The notes below the pieces were generated by a model. That model worked only from the letters and a program-made list of their open reading frames with translations, had not been told where the DNA came from and ran no database searches. Made by a program: the position numbers and the translations under genes. Below are positions 28,583 through 39,387 of a stretch of DNA of 64,000 nucleotides, piece by piece. This DNA is from an uncultured bacterium. GTDB taxonomy: Bacteria; Armatimonadota; Hebobacteria; CAIYQO01. The stretch spans positions 5,680 through 69,679 of the forward strand of contig CAIYQO010000302.1 in NCBI GenBank assembly GCA_903928345.1, in the 5' to 3' direction. How positions within the stretch are numbered: position 1 is the stretch's first letter; each line of letters opens with the position of its first letter.

Positions 28583-29106
28583 GCTACTTCTCCTTGCCGG
28601 GGTGCGCGACCGAGAATTTCCTCGACCGTCTTCCCGCGTACGCTCGCTACCTCTTCAGGGGTGCGCAGCGCCTTTAAGCTTTTCACCGTCGCCCAGGCGA
28701 TATTGATCGCGTTAGCGGAACCCAGCGACTTGGTGAGAATGTCGCGAATGCCGGCGACTTCCACGATGGCGCGCACCGCTCCGCCGGCGATGACGCCGGT
28801 ACCGGGCGCCGCGGGCTTCAACAGCACGCTCGCCGCCCCGAGCTGTTCCTGCACCTGATGCGGGATGGTGTGCTCGGCCATGGCGATGGTGAAGATCGCC
28901 TTCTTAGCGGCTTCGGCGCCTTTGCGAATCGCTTCCGGCACTTCAGACGCCTTACCGAGCCCGACGCCGACGTGGCCATGACTGTCACCGACCACCACCA
29001 ACGCGCTCCAGCGCAGCGTGCGCCCGCCTTTATGGACCTTCTGCACGCGGTTGAGGGAGATAACTTTCTCCTCAAGCTGCAGCGCCGCAACATCTACTTT
29101 CGCCAT
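28579..29106 (-). CDS. rpsE: 30S ribosomal protein S5.
   Basis: [27 protein letters not shown] matches S5. Confidence 0.9.
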   Translation of the reverse strand: MAKVDVAALQLEEKVISLNRVQKVHKGGRTLRWSALVVVGDSHGHVGVGLGKASEVPEAIRKGAEAAKKAIFTIAMAEHTIPHQVQEQLGAASVLLKPAAPGTGVIAGGAVRAIVEVAGIRDILTKSLGSANAINIAWATVKSLKALRTPEEVASVRGKTVEEILGRAPRQGEVA

Positions 29107-29136
29107 CCGGTCTACTCCGTCTCCCGCTTCACGCGG

Positions 29137-29508
29137 TTAAAATACCAATCCGCCTTCGCGTGCGCCGTCAGCCACCGCCTTGATGCGGCCGTGGTACGGA
29201 TATCCGCCCCGATCGAACACCACCTGTGTAATCCCAGCGGCTTTCGCGCGCTCGGCTACCAGGGCGCCGACGAGTTTCGCGCCGGCCACGGTGCCACCCT
29301 TCACGGTCTCCGTCACCTGGGTGCGGAAGGCCGGTTCGTTGCTCGACGCGGCCGCCACCGTATGGCCGGCCAAGTCGTCGATGACCTGGGCATAAATATG
29401 CTGCAGGCTCCGGTGTACCGCCAGGCGTGGTCGCTCCGGGCTGCCGTTCACTTTGGCGCGGACGCGGCGGTGACGCCGCGCGAGTGCCGCTGTTTTGTTC
29501 AGTTTCAT
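29137..29508 (-). CDS. rplR: 50S ribosomal protein L18.
   Basis: [20 protein letters not shown]...[14 protein letters not shown] matches L18. Confidence 0.9.
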   Translation of the reverse strand: MKLNKTAALARRHRRVRAKVNGSPERPRLAVHRSLQHIYAQVIDDLAGHTVAAASSNEPAFRTQVTETVKGGTVAGAKLVGALVAERAKAAGITQVVFDRGGYPYHGRIKAVADGAREGGLVF

Positions 29509-29539
29509 CGCCTATTCCTCCGCCCTGCACGGGCGTCCG

Positions 29540-30124
29540 TTATTTCTTCCCCTTGCCGGCCTTGGCCGCCTTGCCGGCCTTGCGGCGGATCGTTTCGCCT
29601 AGATAGCGGAACCCTTTGCCTTTGTACGGCTCGGGCTTCTTCAGATCGCGGATCTTCGCCGCCACCTGGCCGACGATTTCCTTATCGATCCCGCTCACCA
29701 GCAGGCGCGCGGTGCACTGTTGATTGTCCACGTTCGGCGACGAGGTTTCCACCGTAATCGCGACCCCCGTAGGGGGAATCACGAAGACGTCGTGCGAGAA
29801 ACCCAGGTTCAGCAGCACGCGGTCGCCTTGCAATTGCGCGCGAAAGCCGATGCCGTGCAGGGTGAGCCGCTTCGAAAATCCCTCAGTGACGCCGGCGACC
29901 ATATTGGCCACCAGCGAACGCGTCAGGCCGTGCAGCGCCTTGTGCAGCTTCAGATCGCTCGGGCGTTCGACCAATAGCTGCCCGTCCGCTTCGCGCACGG
30001 TGATCGGGGCGGGGAGCGAACGCGACAGCGTCCCCTTCGGCCCGTTCACCGTGAGCAGTGATTCCGTTTGCGTGACCGTCACCCCGCCGGGCAGCGGGAT
30101 GGGCATGCGTCCAATTCGCGACAT
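29540..30124 (-). CDS. rplF: 50S ribosomal protein L6.
   Basis: MSRIGRMPIPLPGGVTV matches L6. Confidence 0.9.
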   Translation of the reverse strand: MSRIGRMPIPLPGGVTVTQTESLLTVNGPKGTLSRSLPAPITVREADGQLLVERPSDLKLHKALHGLTRSLVANMVAGVTEGFSKRLTLHGIGFRAQLQGDRVLLNLGFSHDVFVIPPTGVAITVETSSPNVDNQQCTARLLVSGIDKEIVGQVAAKIRDLKKPEPYKGKGFRYLGETIRRKAGKAAKAGKGKK

Positions 30125-30161
30125 GGTGCGATCCCTTCACGGGCGTACCGCCCGGTTTCCT

Positions 30162-30566
30162 TTACCACACGTAGCAGAGCAGCTCGCCGCCCACATGCTC
30201 GCCCCGCGCCTGGCGGTCGGTCATGACCCCGCGCGAGGTGGTGAGGATGGCGATACCGAGCCCGCCCTGCACCTTGGGAATCTCGCGACTGCCGACGTAC
30301 AGTCGGCGGCCGGGCTTACTGGCACGCTGGATGCCCCGGATGACCGGGGTACGGCGCGTGCTGTACTTCAGCGTGATACGCAGCGTGGCCGTGGGCAGCT
30401 CAGTATCGGTGATCTCGAACTTTCCGATGTACCCCTCGTCCTTCAGCAGGCGCGCGAGGTCGACCTTCAGCTTCGAGGTCGGCATGGCCACGGTGTCGTG
30501 ACCGGCGGAGGCGGCGTTCCGCACCCGTGTTAGCATATCCGCAATCGGATCGGTGATCGGCTTCAT
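30162..30566 (-). CDS. rpsH: 30S ribosomal protein S8.
   Basis: [15 protein letters not shown] is the S8 N-terminus. Confidence 0.9.
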   Translation of the reverse strand: MKPITDPIADMLTRVRNAASAGHDTVAMPTSKLKVDLARLLKDEGYIGKFEITDTELPTATLRITLKYSTRRTPVIRGIQRASKPGRRLYVGSREIPKVQGGLGIAILTTSRGVMTDRQARGEHVGGELLCYVW

Positions 30567-30575
30567 GGCGTCCCC

Positions 30576-30761
30576 CTACCAGCTCGACTTCGTCACACCG
30601 GGCAACAGGCCCTGGTGTGCAAAGGAGCGCAGGCAAATACGGCACATGCCGAACTTGCGGAAATACGCGCGCGGACGGCCGCAGATGTTGCACCGGTTAT
30701 AGGCGCGTACGGCGAACTTGGGCTTCCGCTTCCAGCTCTCGATTTTCGATGTCTTGGCCAC
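30576..30761 (-). CDS. rpsZ: 30S ribosomal protein S14, zinc-binding type Z.
   Basis: 61 aa with CNICGRP...CRIC zinc ribbon. Confidence 0.9.
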   Translation of the reverse strand: MAKTSKIESWKRKPKFAVRAYNRCNICGRPRAYFRKFGMCRICLRSFAHQGLLPGVTKSSW

Positions 30762-30770
30762 GTGTTTCTC

Positions 30771-31448
30771 CTAGCCTTTGCGCAGCGGCAATCCGAGCTT
30801 GCCGAGCAGTGCGCGCGCTTCTTCGTCGCTCGCGGCGCTGGTGACGATGGTGACGTCCATCCCGCGCACGCGGTCGATCGTATCGATATTGATCTCCGGG
30901 AAGATCGTCTGCTCCTTCACACCGAAGGAGTAGTTCCCCCGACCGTCCAGCGATTTCGCCGGCAGTCCCTGGAAGTCGCGAATACGCGGCAGCGCCACGG
31001 AAAAGAGGCGATCCAGGAATTCCCACATGCGCGGCCCGCGCAGCGTCACCTTGGCGCCGATCGGGTTGCCTTCGCGCAATTTGAAGGCGGCGATTGACTT
31101 CGTCGCTTTGGTCACCAGCGGCTTCTGCCCGGTGATCATCGCCATTTCGCGCACGGCATGGTCTAGCGTTTTGGCATCCTGAAGCGCCTCGCCCACGCCC
31201 ATGTTGACCACTACCTTCAGCACCCGCGGCACCTGCATCACGTTGGCATAGTTGAACTGTGCCTGCAGGGCAGGGGCCACTTCCTCGGCATAGCGCGCCT
31301 TCAGGCGCGGGGCCGGCCCCTTCTCCTCGACGCCGCCGAATTGCTGCGCGCCGGCTGCCGCATCCTTGGATTTGCCCGTGACGGCCTTGCCGCCCTTGGC
31401 CCCCTTGGCCGGCGGGACAGCACTCTTTTTCGTCTCTTGCTTGGCCAC
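30771..31448 (-). CDS. rplE: 50S ribosomal protein L5 with a Lys/Ala/Gly-rich N-terminal extension (~45 aa).
   Basis: Core [32 protein letters not shown] start at 31448 preceded by a perfect AAGGAG SD. The listed ATG at 31520 would overlap rplX by 31 nt. Confidence 0.8.
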   Translation of the reverse strand: MAKQETKKSAVPPAKGAKGGKAVTGKSKDAAAGAQQFGGVEEKGPAPRLKARYAEEVAPALQAQFNYANVMQVPRVLKVVVNMGVGEALQDAKTLDHAVREMAMITGQKPLVTKATKSIAAFKLREGNPIGAKVTLRGPRMWEFLDRLFSVALPRIRDFQGLPAKSLDGRGNYSFGVKEQTIFPEINIDTIDRVRGMDVTIVTSAASDEEARALLGKLGLPLRKG

Positions 31449-31488
31449 AACTCGCTCCTTGTATCTGCTCCGCGGCGTGCCGCGTGTC

Positions 31489-32013
31489 TTAGCGGATGGC
31501 GCTGCGCGCCTCGGCGTCATGCGTGGTCGGGCGCTCGATGATCTCGCCGCACTGCTTGCACACGCGTTCGCGAATCGGTTGCGTCCGCGTGCCGGTTACG
31601 GTGTTCAACGTGCGCGTACCGACCAGCTTGCTACCCACGCGCGTCGGCTTGTCGCAATGCGGACAGACCAGCATCACACGGGACACCGGCAGCGCTGCTT
31701 CCATTTGGATGCGCCCGCCTTGCTGAATCTGCGCAGCCCCGCTACTGGCACTCGGCTTTTTATGCTTCGTCACCATGTTCTTGCCGCGCACGACCACCTT
31801 GCCATCTTTCGGGAGCACGCGGATAACTTCGCCGCGCACGCCCTTCACCTTGTTCGCCTCCGCGATCTGATCGGCCATCGGCATGGCCTCGCGCTTGCTC
31901 TGGAAGGTGGCCTCGTCGGCCTTGTCCATGTCCAGTGCTTCGCGTAGACGCGAGATGCCAGCGGCATCGCGTCCGGCGCGGATGTAGACGATATCACCCT
32001 TAACAATTTTCAT
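31489..32013 (-). CDS. rplX: 50S ribosomal protein L24 with C-terminal zinc ribbon and a ~35-aa internal insertion.
   Basis: MKIVKGD...; CPHC...CKQC as in Thermus L24. Insertion [41 protein letters not shown] inside the KOW region. Confidence 0.85.
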   Translation of the reverse strand: MKIVKGDIVYIRAGRDAAGISRLREALDMDKADEATFQSKREAMPMADQIAEANKVKGVRGEVIRVLPKDGKVVVRGKNMVTKHKKPSASSGAAQIQQGGRIQMEAALPVSRVMLVCPHCDKPTRVGSKLVGTRTLNTVTGTRTQPIRERVCKQCGEIIERPTTHDAEARSAIR

Positions 32014-32073
32014 AGCACCCACCAACACAGGGTGCCACGCACAGGGGCACTGTACGGTGGCACACGATCCGTA

Positions 32074-32102
32074 ATTTTAGAGAGGTCGGACGCGCCTGTC
32101 AA
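32074..32102 (-). promoter_or_regulatory. Sigma-70-like promoter (TTGACA-17-TAAAAT) upstream of rplX, inside the 124-nt rplN-rplX gap.
   Basis: Minus strand reads TTGACAggcgcgtccgacctctcTAAAATtacgg. The -35 is complementary to 32097-32102 and the -10 to 32074-32079. Confidence 0.4.
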
Positions 32103-32137
32103 GGCCTTGCGGCCTGTTTTTGCGTACCGAGCAAGCG

Positions 32138-32506
32138 TCAGAGTACCTCCGGGGCAAGACTGACGATCTTCATGAAGTCGCGGTCGCGCAATTCGCGCGC
32201 CACCGGGCCGAAGATGCGCGTCCCGCGCGGGTTCTTCTGCTCGTTGATAAGGACGGCGGCGTTCTCGTCGAAACGGATATACGAGCCGTCCGGCCGGCGC
32301 AGCGGCTTCTTGGTGCGCACGACGACCGCCTTGGCTACGTCGCCCTTTTTCACCGCCGAGCCCGGCGTGACTGTCTTGACCGCCACCACGATGACATCGC
32401 CGATATTGGCGGTACTGCCGGTGGACCCTTTGAGGACGCGGATGCATTCCACCACGCGCGCTCCGGAATTATCGGCTACGTTGAGCCGTGTGCGTAACCC
32501 AATCAT
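32138..32506 (-). CDS. rplN: 50S ribosomal protein L14.
   Basis: [17 protein letters not shown] matches L14. Confidence 0.9.
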   Translation of the reverse strand: MIGLRTRLNVADNSGARVVECIRVLKGSTGSTANIGDVIVVAVKTVTPGSAVKKGDVAKAVVVRTKKPLRRPDGSYIRFDENAAVLINEQKNPRGTRIFGPVARELRDRDFMKIVSLAPEVL

Positions 32507-32515
32507 CTCTTCTCC

Positions 32516-34600
32516 TTACCGCTCTTCCTCGGCGCGCCGCTTCGCATCGGCGATAATCCCTTCGGCGGCGTGCGGCGGCACCTCTTCGTAGTGCGAGAGG
32601 CTCATGGTGAAGCTCCCGCGTCCCTGGGTGAGCGCGCGCAATTCGTTGGAATATTGGAACATCTCCGCCTGCGGTACCTGCGCCTTCACGGTGGACATGC
32701 CGCCGCCGGATGCCTCGGTCCCCTGCACGCGGCCTCGCTTGCTCGACATACCGCCGATGATGTCGCCGATGTATTCGTCCGGTACAGTGACCTCGACGTT
32801 CACGTACGGCTCCAGCAGCACGGGCATGGCCCGCGTGATGGCATCCTGAAAGCCTAGACGCGCCGCGCTCTGGAAGGCTATATCCTTCGAGTCCACCGGG
32901 TGGTACTGGCCATCGTAGAGCGTGACGCGCACGTCGACGACGGGGTAGCCGGCCAGCGGGCCGTGCTTGATCGTCTCGCGGATGCCCTTTTCGACCGACG
33001 GGATGTACTGCCGGGGCACGACGCCGCCGACGACGGCGTCGACAAATTCGAAGCCGACGCCACGCTCCAGCGGTTCGAGCTTGATCTTCACGTCGCCGAA
33101 CTGCCCGGAGCCGCCGGTCTGCTTCTTATGCCGCCCGTGGCCGTCCGCCGCGGCGCGCACCGTTTCGCGGTAGGCGACCACCGGGTTGCCGGTGACCGTT
33201 TCGACGTTGAACTTGCGCTTCAGGCGATCCTGAATCACCCCCAGGTGCAGCTCGCCCATGCAGGCGATGATCGCTTCGTGGGTCTCCGGATCCTGCTCGA
33301 AGTGCAGGGTGGGATCCTCTTCGACAAAACGATGGAGCCCCTGGGCCATCTTATCCTCTTCCCCCTTGTTCGTCGGGGCGATAGAGAAGTTGAGCATCGG
33401 GATCGGATAAGCAGGCGGGATGACGATGACGCGCTCGGTCGCGGTGGCGAGGGTATCCGCGGTCGCGGAGGCGTGCAACTTGGCGACGAGGACAATGTCC
33501 CCCGCCTTGGCCGTCTCAATCGGCTCCTGCTGCTTGCCGATGAAGGCAAACAGGTTGCCGACGCGCTCCCTGGCTTCCTTATTCGAATTATACGCTTCTG
33601 AGCCCGAAGGCAAAGTGCCGGCGTAGACACGCAAAAATGTGATGCGCCCCGCGAAGGGGTCGGCCGTAGTTTTGAACGCGTAGGCGACGAGTGCCCCCGC
33701 GCTGTTGGACTTCACCGTGACTTCCGCATCGCCCTTCGTCGCCGCGACCGGCGCCACCTGGTTGGGGGCGGGGGTGCTGGAGACGAGCAGGTCGAGCAGG
33801 GCGGTGGTACCGAAATTCTTTACCGCGGCACCGAGTAGTACCGGGAAAATGCGCCCGGCACGCACCCCTTCCTGCAAGCCGAGGATGATCTCCTCGTCGG
33901 AGAGATCGCCTTCTTCCAGATACTTCAGGGTCAGGTCGTCATTCGCCTCGGCGGCGGCTTCCACCACCGCTTCGCGCAGCGACGCGGCCTTGCTCTGCAA
34001 TTCGGCAGGGATGGCCTCTACTTTCGGCGCGGCCAGGTCTTCGGTTTCTAGGAGCGCGTGCATGGAGATCAGATCCACCATACCGTGGAAACCGGTTTGC
34101 TCGCCGATGGGGAGCTGCAACGCGACGACGCCGGAGCCGAAGCGCGCCTTGAGGGCGGCCAGCGTGTTGTCGAAGTTGGCGTGCTCTTTATCCATCTTAT
34201 TGACATAGAGTACACGCGCCAGCCCGCGGGCATCGGCCATGCGCCAGTAGCGTTCCGTCTGCACCTCGATGCCGTTCACCGCATCGATGACCATCAGCGC
34301 GGTATCCGCCACGTGCAGGGCGCCGACGACCTCACCGACGAAGTCGGCAAAGCCCGGCGTATCCAGCACGTTTAGTTTCACGCCATTATACTGCACGGGC
34401 AGCAGCGATGTACTGATGGAGATCTGACGCTGAATCTCGTCCACGTCGATGTCGGACAAGGTGGTGCCGGCGTCAACGCGCCCCATGCGGCCGATTACGC
34501 CCGTCTGGTACATCATCGCTTCTGCCAGCGTGGTCTTACCCGCGCCGCCGTGGCCAATGAGCGCCACGTTGCGCAGTGATTCGGTTTCATAGGTCTTCAT
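32516..34600 (-). CDS. Elongation factor G paralog (EF-G2 / EF-G-like translational GTPase) embedded between rpsQ and rplN.
   Basis: 694 aa. G1 [10 protein letters not shown]3 DTPG, G4 NKMD. Domain IV loop YHPVDS. Domain V present. Only ~35-40% identical by eye to the canonical fusA at 40798-42866. Intergenic gaps to the flanking ribosomal genes are 24 nt and 9 nt. Confidence 0.8.
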   Translation of the reverse strand: MKTYETESLRNVALIGHGGAGKTTLAEAMMYQTGVIGRMGRVDAGTTLSDIDVDEIQRQISISTSLLPVQYNGVKLNVLDTPGFADFVGEVVGALHVADTALMVIDAVNGIEVQTERYWRMADARGLARVLYVNKMDKEHANFDNTLAALKARFGSGVVALQLPIGEQTGFHGMVDLISMHALLETEDLAAPKVEAIPAELQSKAASLREAVVEAAAEANDDLTLKYLEEGDLSDEEIILGLQEGVRAGRIFPVLLGAAVKNFGTTALLDLLVSSTPAPNQVAPVAATKGDAEVTVKSNSAGALVAYAFKTTADPFAGRITFLRVYAGTLPSGSEAYNSNKEARERVGNLFAFIGKQQEPIETAKAGDIVLVAKLHASATADTLATATERVIVIPPAYPIPMLNFSIAPTNKGEEDKMAQGLHRFVEEDPTLHFEQDPETHEAIIACMGELHLGVIQDRLKRKFNVETVTGNPVVAYRETVRAAADGHGRHKKQTGGSGQFGDVKIKLEPLERGVGFEFVDAVVGGVVPRQYIPSVEKGIRETIKHGPLAGYPVVDVRVTLYDGQYHPVDSKDIAFQSAARLGFQDAITRAMPVLLEPYVNVEVTVPDEYIGDIIGGMSSKRGRVQGTEASGGGMSTVKAQVPQAEMFQYSNELRALTQGRGSFTMSLSHYEEVPPHAAEGIIADAKRRAEEER

Positions 34601-34624
34601 GCGTCTCTCCTCGCCGGGACTATC

Positions 34625-34888
34625 CTACTTCGCGCGTTCGAGAATCGCTTCTATGCGCCAGCACTTGTCCTTGCTCAGCGGGCGGGTCTCCATGATGCGT
34701 ACTTTGTCGCCGACCTTGCAGTCGTTCGCTTCATCGTGCGCTTTGAACTTCGCGGTCCGCTTGAGAACGCGTTTGTACAGCGGGTGTTGCACCAGGTCTT
34801 TGACCTGCACCACTACTGTCTTATCCATCTTATCGCTGATTACAATCCCTTCGCGCATTTTGCGCGCGTTGCGGGGTGTCGTCTCCAT
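34625..34888 (-). CDS. rpsQ: 30S ribosomal protein S17.
   Basis: [18 protein letters not shown] matches S17. The start may be the internal MREG at 34858. Confidence 0.85.
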   Translation of the reverse strand: METTPRNARKMREGIVISDKMDKTVVVQVKDLVQHPLYKRVLKRTAKFKAHDEANDCKVGDKVRIMETRPLSKDKCWRIEAILERAK

Positions 34889-34905
34889 CGTTGCTCTCCC
34901 GTTGC

Positions 34906-35190
34906 CTAACGGCCGTTGCGGGCGTGGTACGCCTCGCGCTCGGCCTGCTTATAGGCCTTGTATTCATCCATCGTGGCGAAGCTGTGCTCCGCCATCAACG
35001 CCTTTTCGCGGATGAGCGTCTTGAGCCGGGCAATCTGCTTGCGCGTTTGGTGCAGCAGCGCCGGGTTCGTCAGCTTATTGAGGCCGGCGTCGAAGCGATG
35101 CGTCATCAGCTCCCGCTCAGCCGTGGCCAGCTCGGCGTCGAGCTGCTCAGGCGTCTTCTTCTGATATTCCTGGCGTTCGGTCAGCTTCAC
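34906..35190 (-). CDS. rpmC: 50S ribosomal protein L29 with C-terminal extension.
   Basis: [39 protein letters not shown] matches L29. Confidence 0.85.
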   Translation of the reverse strand: MKLTERQEYQKKTPEQLDAELATAERELMTHRFDAGLNKLTNPALLHQTRKQIARLKTLIREKALMAEHSFATMDEYKAYKQAEREAYHARNGR

Positions 35191-35618
35191 AGCTCCTCGC
35201 CTCCTTCCGTTTCCTCGCGGGTGACGAAGCGCGTTTTGATGGGCAGCTTGTAGGCCGCCAGCTGCATCGCTTCTTTGGCGATCTTCTCCGGGATGCCGCC
35301 CATTTCGAAGAGGACGCGACCCGGCTTGATGACGGCCACCCAGTATTCCGGAGCGCCCTTGCCGGAACCCATGCGGGTTTCCGCCGGCTTTGCGGTAACA
35401 CTCTTATCGGGGAAGATGCGAATCCACACCTTGCCCTGGCGTTTGATATGACGGGTCATGGCGACGCGCGCCGCTTCGATCTGGCGATTCGTCATCCAAC
35501 AGTGCTCGGTGGCCATTAACCCGAACTCCCCCATGGCCACGGTATTGCCGCGTGTCGCTTTGCCCTTCATCCGGCCGCGATGCAGCTTGCGGAATTTGAC
35601 CTTGGCGGGCATTAACAT
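35187..35618 (-). CDS. rplP: 50S ribosomal protein L16.
   Basis: [19 protein letters not shown] matches L16. Confidence 0.9.
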   Translation of the reverse strand: MLMPAKVKFRKLHRGRMKGKATRGNTVAMGEFGLMATEHCWMTNRQIEAARVAMTRHIKRQGKVWIRIFPDKSVTAKPAETRMGSGKGAPEYWVAVIKPGRVLFEMGGIPEKIAKEAMQLAAYKLPIKTRFVTREETEGGEEL

Positions 35619-35631
35619 GATCGTTCCTCCT

Positions 35632-36672
35632 CTAGGCGTCGGCCTGCTCGTCCGCCGGGCTTTCCGCTACCGGGGTCTCGTCGAGAGTCGCGTCCGGGGT
35701 GGTCAGCGGGGCCGTGCCCGCTGCTTCCGGGGCAATCTCTTCCACACCTTCGATGACCGCGCTCACCGCGTCGATCGCTTCCGCGACCGACTCTTCACGC
35801 GGCACGCGGCGCCAGCCCTTCTTCTTTTCCGCCGCGGCCTGCGCGGCGGTCTGGGCGGCGACCGGCGCGGCGGCTTGCGTCGGACCGGCGGTCGGGAGCG
35901 GCACTTCGCGGCGCATCGGGCGCGCCACGGGCAACTCGGAAGCGCCGGGGAGGATTTCCCCGCGGTAAATCCAGACCTTCACGCCGATGTTCCCATACTG
36001 TGTGCGTGCTTCGCTCAGTCCATAATCGATGTCGGCGCGCAGTGTATGCAGCGGAACTTTGCCGTCTTTATCCGAATACGAGCGTGCGATTTCCGCGCCA
36101 CCCAGGCGACCGGACACGATCACCTTGATCCCCTTGCCGCCGCGCTGCATGGTGCGCGCAATGGCCAGGCGAATGGCGCGCTTAAAGGAGACGCGACGCT
36201 CGATCTGATTGGCCACGGAATCCGCCACCAGCAGGGCATCGAGTTCCGGTTGCTTGATCTCGAGCACATTGAGCTGAATTTTGCGCGGGGTGAGCTTTTC
36301 GAGTTCGGCACGCAGCTCGTCGATGCCGCGTCCGCCGCGCCCGATGATCAACCCCGGACGCGCGGTATGCATCGTCACCTTGATGATATTGGCCATGCGT
36401 TCGATTTCGATCTGCGAGACCCCGGCGTCCATGCCGCGACCGCCACGCCCACCGGAGTTACGTCCGCCGCCACCGCCACCACGTCCGCCGGACCCACCGC
36501 GACGTGCGCCGCCGGCACCGGCCAGCAGCACGGGTAAGCGCGCGCGGAGGTATTTGCGGATCGTGTGGTCCTCGATCACAAAAGCCTTATACTCTTTGTC
36601 CGCGAACCAGCGGCTTTGCCAGTCGCGAATGATGCCGAGACGGAATCCGTAAGGATGAACCTTCTGCCCCAT
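35632..36672 (-). CDS. rpsC: 30S ribosomal protein S3 with an internal Gly/Arg-rich insertion and a long acidic/Ala-rich C-terminal tail.
   Basis: [20 protein letters not shown]...KH domain. Insertion [39 protein letters not shown] before VSQIEIER. 346 aa versus ~230 typical. Confidence 0.9.
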   Translation of the reverse strand: MGQKVHPYGFRLGIIRDWQSRWFADKEYKAFVIEDHTIRKYLRARLPVLLAGAGGARRGGSGGRGGGGGGRNSGGRGGRGMDAGVSQIEIERMANIIKVTMHTARPGLIIGRGGRGIDELRAELEKLTPRKIQLNVLEIKQPELDALLVADSVANQIERRVSFKRAIRLAIARTMQRGGKGIKVIVSGRLGGAEIARSYSDKDGKVPLHTLRADIDYGLSEARTQYGNIGVKVWIYRGEILPGASELPVARPMRREVPLPTAGPTQAAAPVAAQTAAQAAAEKKKGWRRVPREESVAEAIDAVSAVIEGVEEIAPEAAGTAPLTTPDATLDETPVAESPADEQADA

Positions 36673-37112
36673 TATTTACTCCCTCCCGCGCGCGCCATGC
36701 GGACACGCGGTCGTTCGGCGACCTGCACGGTGATGTGGCTGGTGCGCCGTTTGATGACGCGCGCGCGGCCCTGCGTCGTGGGGTGCATGCGCTTGAAGGC
36801 GAACCCGCAGTCGACATAACAAACCTTCACGTACAGCCGTCCCGGATCGAGCCCCATCTGGTTGGGGTCTTCCGCGTTGGCGGCCGCCGACTCTACCACC
36901 TTCTTAATCGGTTCGGCGGCGAGACTCGGGGTGAAGGTGAGGATCGCCAGCGCCTCCGCCAGGTCCTTGCCGCGAATCAGGTCGACGACGCGGCGCGCTT
37001 TCAGCGGCGACACACGGATATTGCGGGCGATCGCTTGCGCAATCCCCTCCGCGCGCCGCTGCTCGATGCGTGCACGCCGCCGTGACCCTCGTTCATTAGC
37101 ATTCTTGCCCAT
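36672..37112 (-). CDS. rplV: 50S ribosomal protein L22.
   Basis: RVSPLKARRVVDLIRGK matches L22. Confidence 0.9.
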   Translation of the reverse strand: MGKNANERGSRRRARIEQRRAEGIAQAIARNIRVSPLKARRVVDLIRGKDLAEALAILTFTPSLAAEPIKKVVESAAANAEDPNQMGLDPGRLYVKVCYVDCGFAFKRMHPTTQGRARVIKRRTSHITVQVAERPRVRMARAGGSK

Positions 37113-37172
37113 TATCGTCCTCCCCCATCGGGGTGCGGTTCGCCGTCAACGCGCGTCGCGCGCCGAAGCGGA

Positions 37173-37454
37173 CTAGCGTACTTTCGAAGATCGATCGCCG
37201 CCCGCGTGACCGCGGAAGGTGCGCGTCGGGGCGAATTCGCCCAGCTTGTGTCCCACCATATTTTCGGTGATGAACACCGGCACGTGCTTACGCCCGTCGT
37301 GCACGGCAATGGTATGCCCGATCATGTCCGGCAGCACCGTAGAGCGCCGCGACCAGGTCTTGATGATGCGCTTCTCGCCGCGGCGATTCAGCTCGTCAAT
37401 CTTTTTCGTCAGGTGCTCGTCCGCAAACGGCCCCTTCTTTAGTGAACGTCCCAT
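37173..37454 (-). CDS. rpsS: 30S ribosomal protein S19.
   Basis: [15 protein letters not shown]...[15 protein letters not shown] matches S19. Confidence 0.9.
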   Translation of the reverse strand: MGRSLKKGPFADEHLTKKIDELNRRGEKRIIKTWSRRSTVLPDMIGHTIAVHDGRKHVPVFITENMVGHKLGEFAPTRTFRGHAGGDRSSKVR

Positions 37455-37469
37455 CGTCTCCTCCTCGGC

Positions 37470-38303
37470 CTATTTCGCGCCGCGGCGCTTCACGATAAAC
37501 CGGTCGGTGCGTTTGTTGGTGCGTGTCTTTTTGCCCAACGCGGCCTTCCCCCACGGGGTGGAGGGACCCTTTTTACGGCCGACGGGGCTGTGCCCCTCGC
37601 CACCGCCGTGCGGATGATCGCACGGGTTCATCGCGACGCCCAGCACGTGGCCTTTGTGCCCGAGATGGCGCATACGGCCCGCGGTACCCAGGCGGATATT
37701 CTCGTGTTCGACGTTGCCCACCTGCCCGATGGTGGCGCGGCAGTCTTTGTTCACCTGGCGCATTTCCCCGGAGGGCAACACGAGGGTGGCAAACTTGCCT
37801 TCCTTCGCCATCAACTGCGCGTAGGTGCCGGCGCTGCGGCACATCTGTGCGCCTTTGCCTTCGTGCAGCTCAACGGCGTGCACGGTGCTGCCCACCGGAA
37901 TAGAACTCAGCGGGAGGGCGTTGCCGGGCTTGATGTCCGACTTCGGACCGCTCTCCACCACCGTACCGACCTTCAGCCCGAGGGGGGCGAGGATGTAGGT
38001 CCTCTCACCATCCGCGTACTGCAGCAGCGCGATGCGCGCCGAGCGGTTCGGATCGTATTCGAGCGCGATGACCGTTGCCGGCATGTCATCCTTGCGCCGC
38101 TTAAAATCGATGACGCGGTACGCCCGCTTGGCGCCGCCGCCGCGGAAGCGCGAGCTGATCTTCCCGGTGTTATCGCGGCCGCCCGACTTCTTCAGCGGAC
38201 GCGTCAGCGATTTCTCCGGTTCCTTTTTCGTCAACTCGCTGAAGTCGGCCACGGTCATCGTGCGCCGTCCCGGCGACGTGGGCCGGTAACTCTTCAGTGC
38301 CAT
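37470..38303 (-). CDS. rplB: 50S ribosomal protein L2.
   Basis: [14 protein letters not shown]...HPHGGGEG matches L2. Start at 38303 rather than the listed 38321. Confidence 0.9.
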   Translation of the reverse strand: MALKSYRPTSPGRRTMTVADFSELTKKEPEKSLTRPLKKSGGRDNTGKISSRFRGGGAKRAYRVIDFKRRKDDMPATVIALEYDPNRSARIALLQYADGERTYILAPLGLKVGTVVESGPKSDIKPGNALPLSSIPVGSTVHAVELHEGKGAQMCRSAGTYAQLMAKEGKFATLVLPSGEMRQVNKDCRATIGQVGNVEHENIRLGTAGRMRHLGHKGHVLGVAMNPCDHPHGGGEGHSPVGRKKGPSTPWGKAALGKKTRTNKRTDRFIVKRRGAK

Positions 38304-38371
38304 GATCCTGTCTCCTGCCACACTTCGCGGTGGTGGCGCACCTTACGGCGGGTCGACGACCCGCGTCAACC

Positions 38372-38716
38372 CTACGCGCCTTCGAGCAGCGGGATCGTCG
38401 GCGAGGTTTTGCGAATGGTGACGATCGCCTTCTTCCAGGTCGGCGTAGTGCCGTAGCTGGCTGCCTGTTTGCTGTGCGCCTTGCCCAGCGTCCGCTTTTT
38501 GCGGCCACGCACGTGCAGGGTATTGACCGCCTCAACCTTCACCTTTTCCTTGGTAAAGTAGGCTTCCACCGCCTTGGCAATCTCGATTTTGTTCGCATTG
38601 AGTGCCACGGCGAAGATGTATTTCACCAGGGACTGGTCGGCGCTCGGTTGTGTGAGCGCGACGCTTTTTTCGGTGAGCAACGGGCGAATGAGAATTTGAT
38701 GCAGCGGTTTCGTCAA
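38372..38716 (-). CDS. rplW: 50S ribosomal protein L23.
   Basis: ILIRPLLTEKS matches L23. Confidence 0.85.
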   Translation of the reverse strand: MTKPLHQILIRPLLTEKSVALTQPSADQSLVKYIFAVALNANKIEIAKAVEAYFTKEKVKVEAVNTLHVRGRKKRTLGKAHSKQAASYGTTPTWKKAIVTIRKTSPTIPLLEGA

Positions 38717-39387
38717 GCCACACCCCCTTGGTTGGCCATCCAGCGCGCGATCCCCAGCGGCCGTTGTTTCAGTGCGGTCAGCGCGTCGAGGCTCGTGCGG
38801 GTAAAGAGCAGGCAGTCCGCCAACAGCGTTTCGTAGGTGCCCACCGACTCGGGGGTGGTCACCGCCACTTGCGGCAGGTTGCGGAAGGAGAGCACCACCT
38901 CGGCGGTGAGCGTCTCCGTCACCACCAGCACGCGCTTGTCCGCGATCTCCAGCGCCTGGAGCAGCGCCGCGGCGTCGCGGGTGCGGGGAGCGGTGAAGGT
39001 AAAGGCGTCGATGACGCGGATAGCGTTCTCCTGTGCTTTCGCGGAGAGCACGGAGAGGAGCGCCTTGCGCCGCATCTTCTTATTCAACGACTGGCGGTAA
39101 TCGCGGGGATGCGGCCCAAAGACCACGCCGCCGCCCTTCCAATGGGGGGCGCTCTTCATCCCCTGGCGAGCACGACCGGTGCCCTTCTGGCGGAAGAGTT
39201 TGCGCGTGGTATGATGGACTTCGCCGCGGGTTTTGGTGTCCGCGGTCCCCTGGCGCTGATTGGCCAGCGTCGCCCGCACGGCCTGATGGACCAGCGCTTC
39301 ATGGGGCTCGATGCCGAACACGTCGGCCGCCAGCTCGATTTCACCCGCCGGCTGCCCGGCGGCCGTATACACAGGTATGGTGGCCAT
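38713..39387 (-). CDS. rplD: 50S ribosomal protein L4.
   Basis: [31 protein letters not shown] matches L4. Confidence 0.9.
   Translation of the reverse strand: MATIPVYTAAGQPAGEIELAADVFGIEPHEALVHQAVRATLANQRQGTADTKTRGEVHHTTRKLFRQKGTGRARQGMKSAPHWKGGGVVFGPHPRDYRQSLNKKMRRKALLSVLSAKAQENAIRVIDAFTFTAPRTRDAAALLQALEIADKRVLVVTETLTAEVVLSFRNLPQVAVTTPESVGTYETLLADCLLFTRTSLDALTALKQRPLGIARWMANQGGVA

Noticed and set aside
31449-31520. The ATG-initiated 249-aa version of rplE.
   Set aside because: It would overlap rplX by 31 nt. A GTG with a perfect AAGGAG SD at 31448 is the more plausible start.
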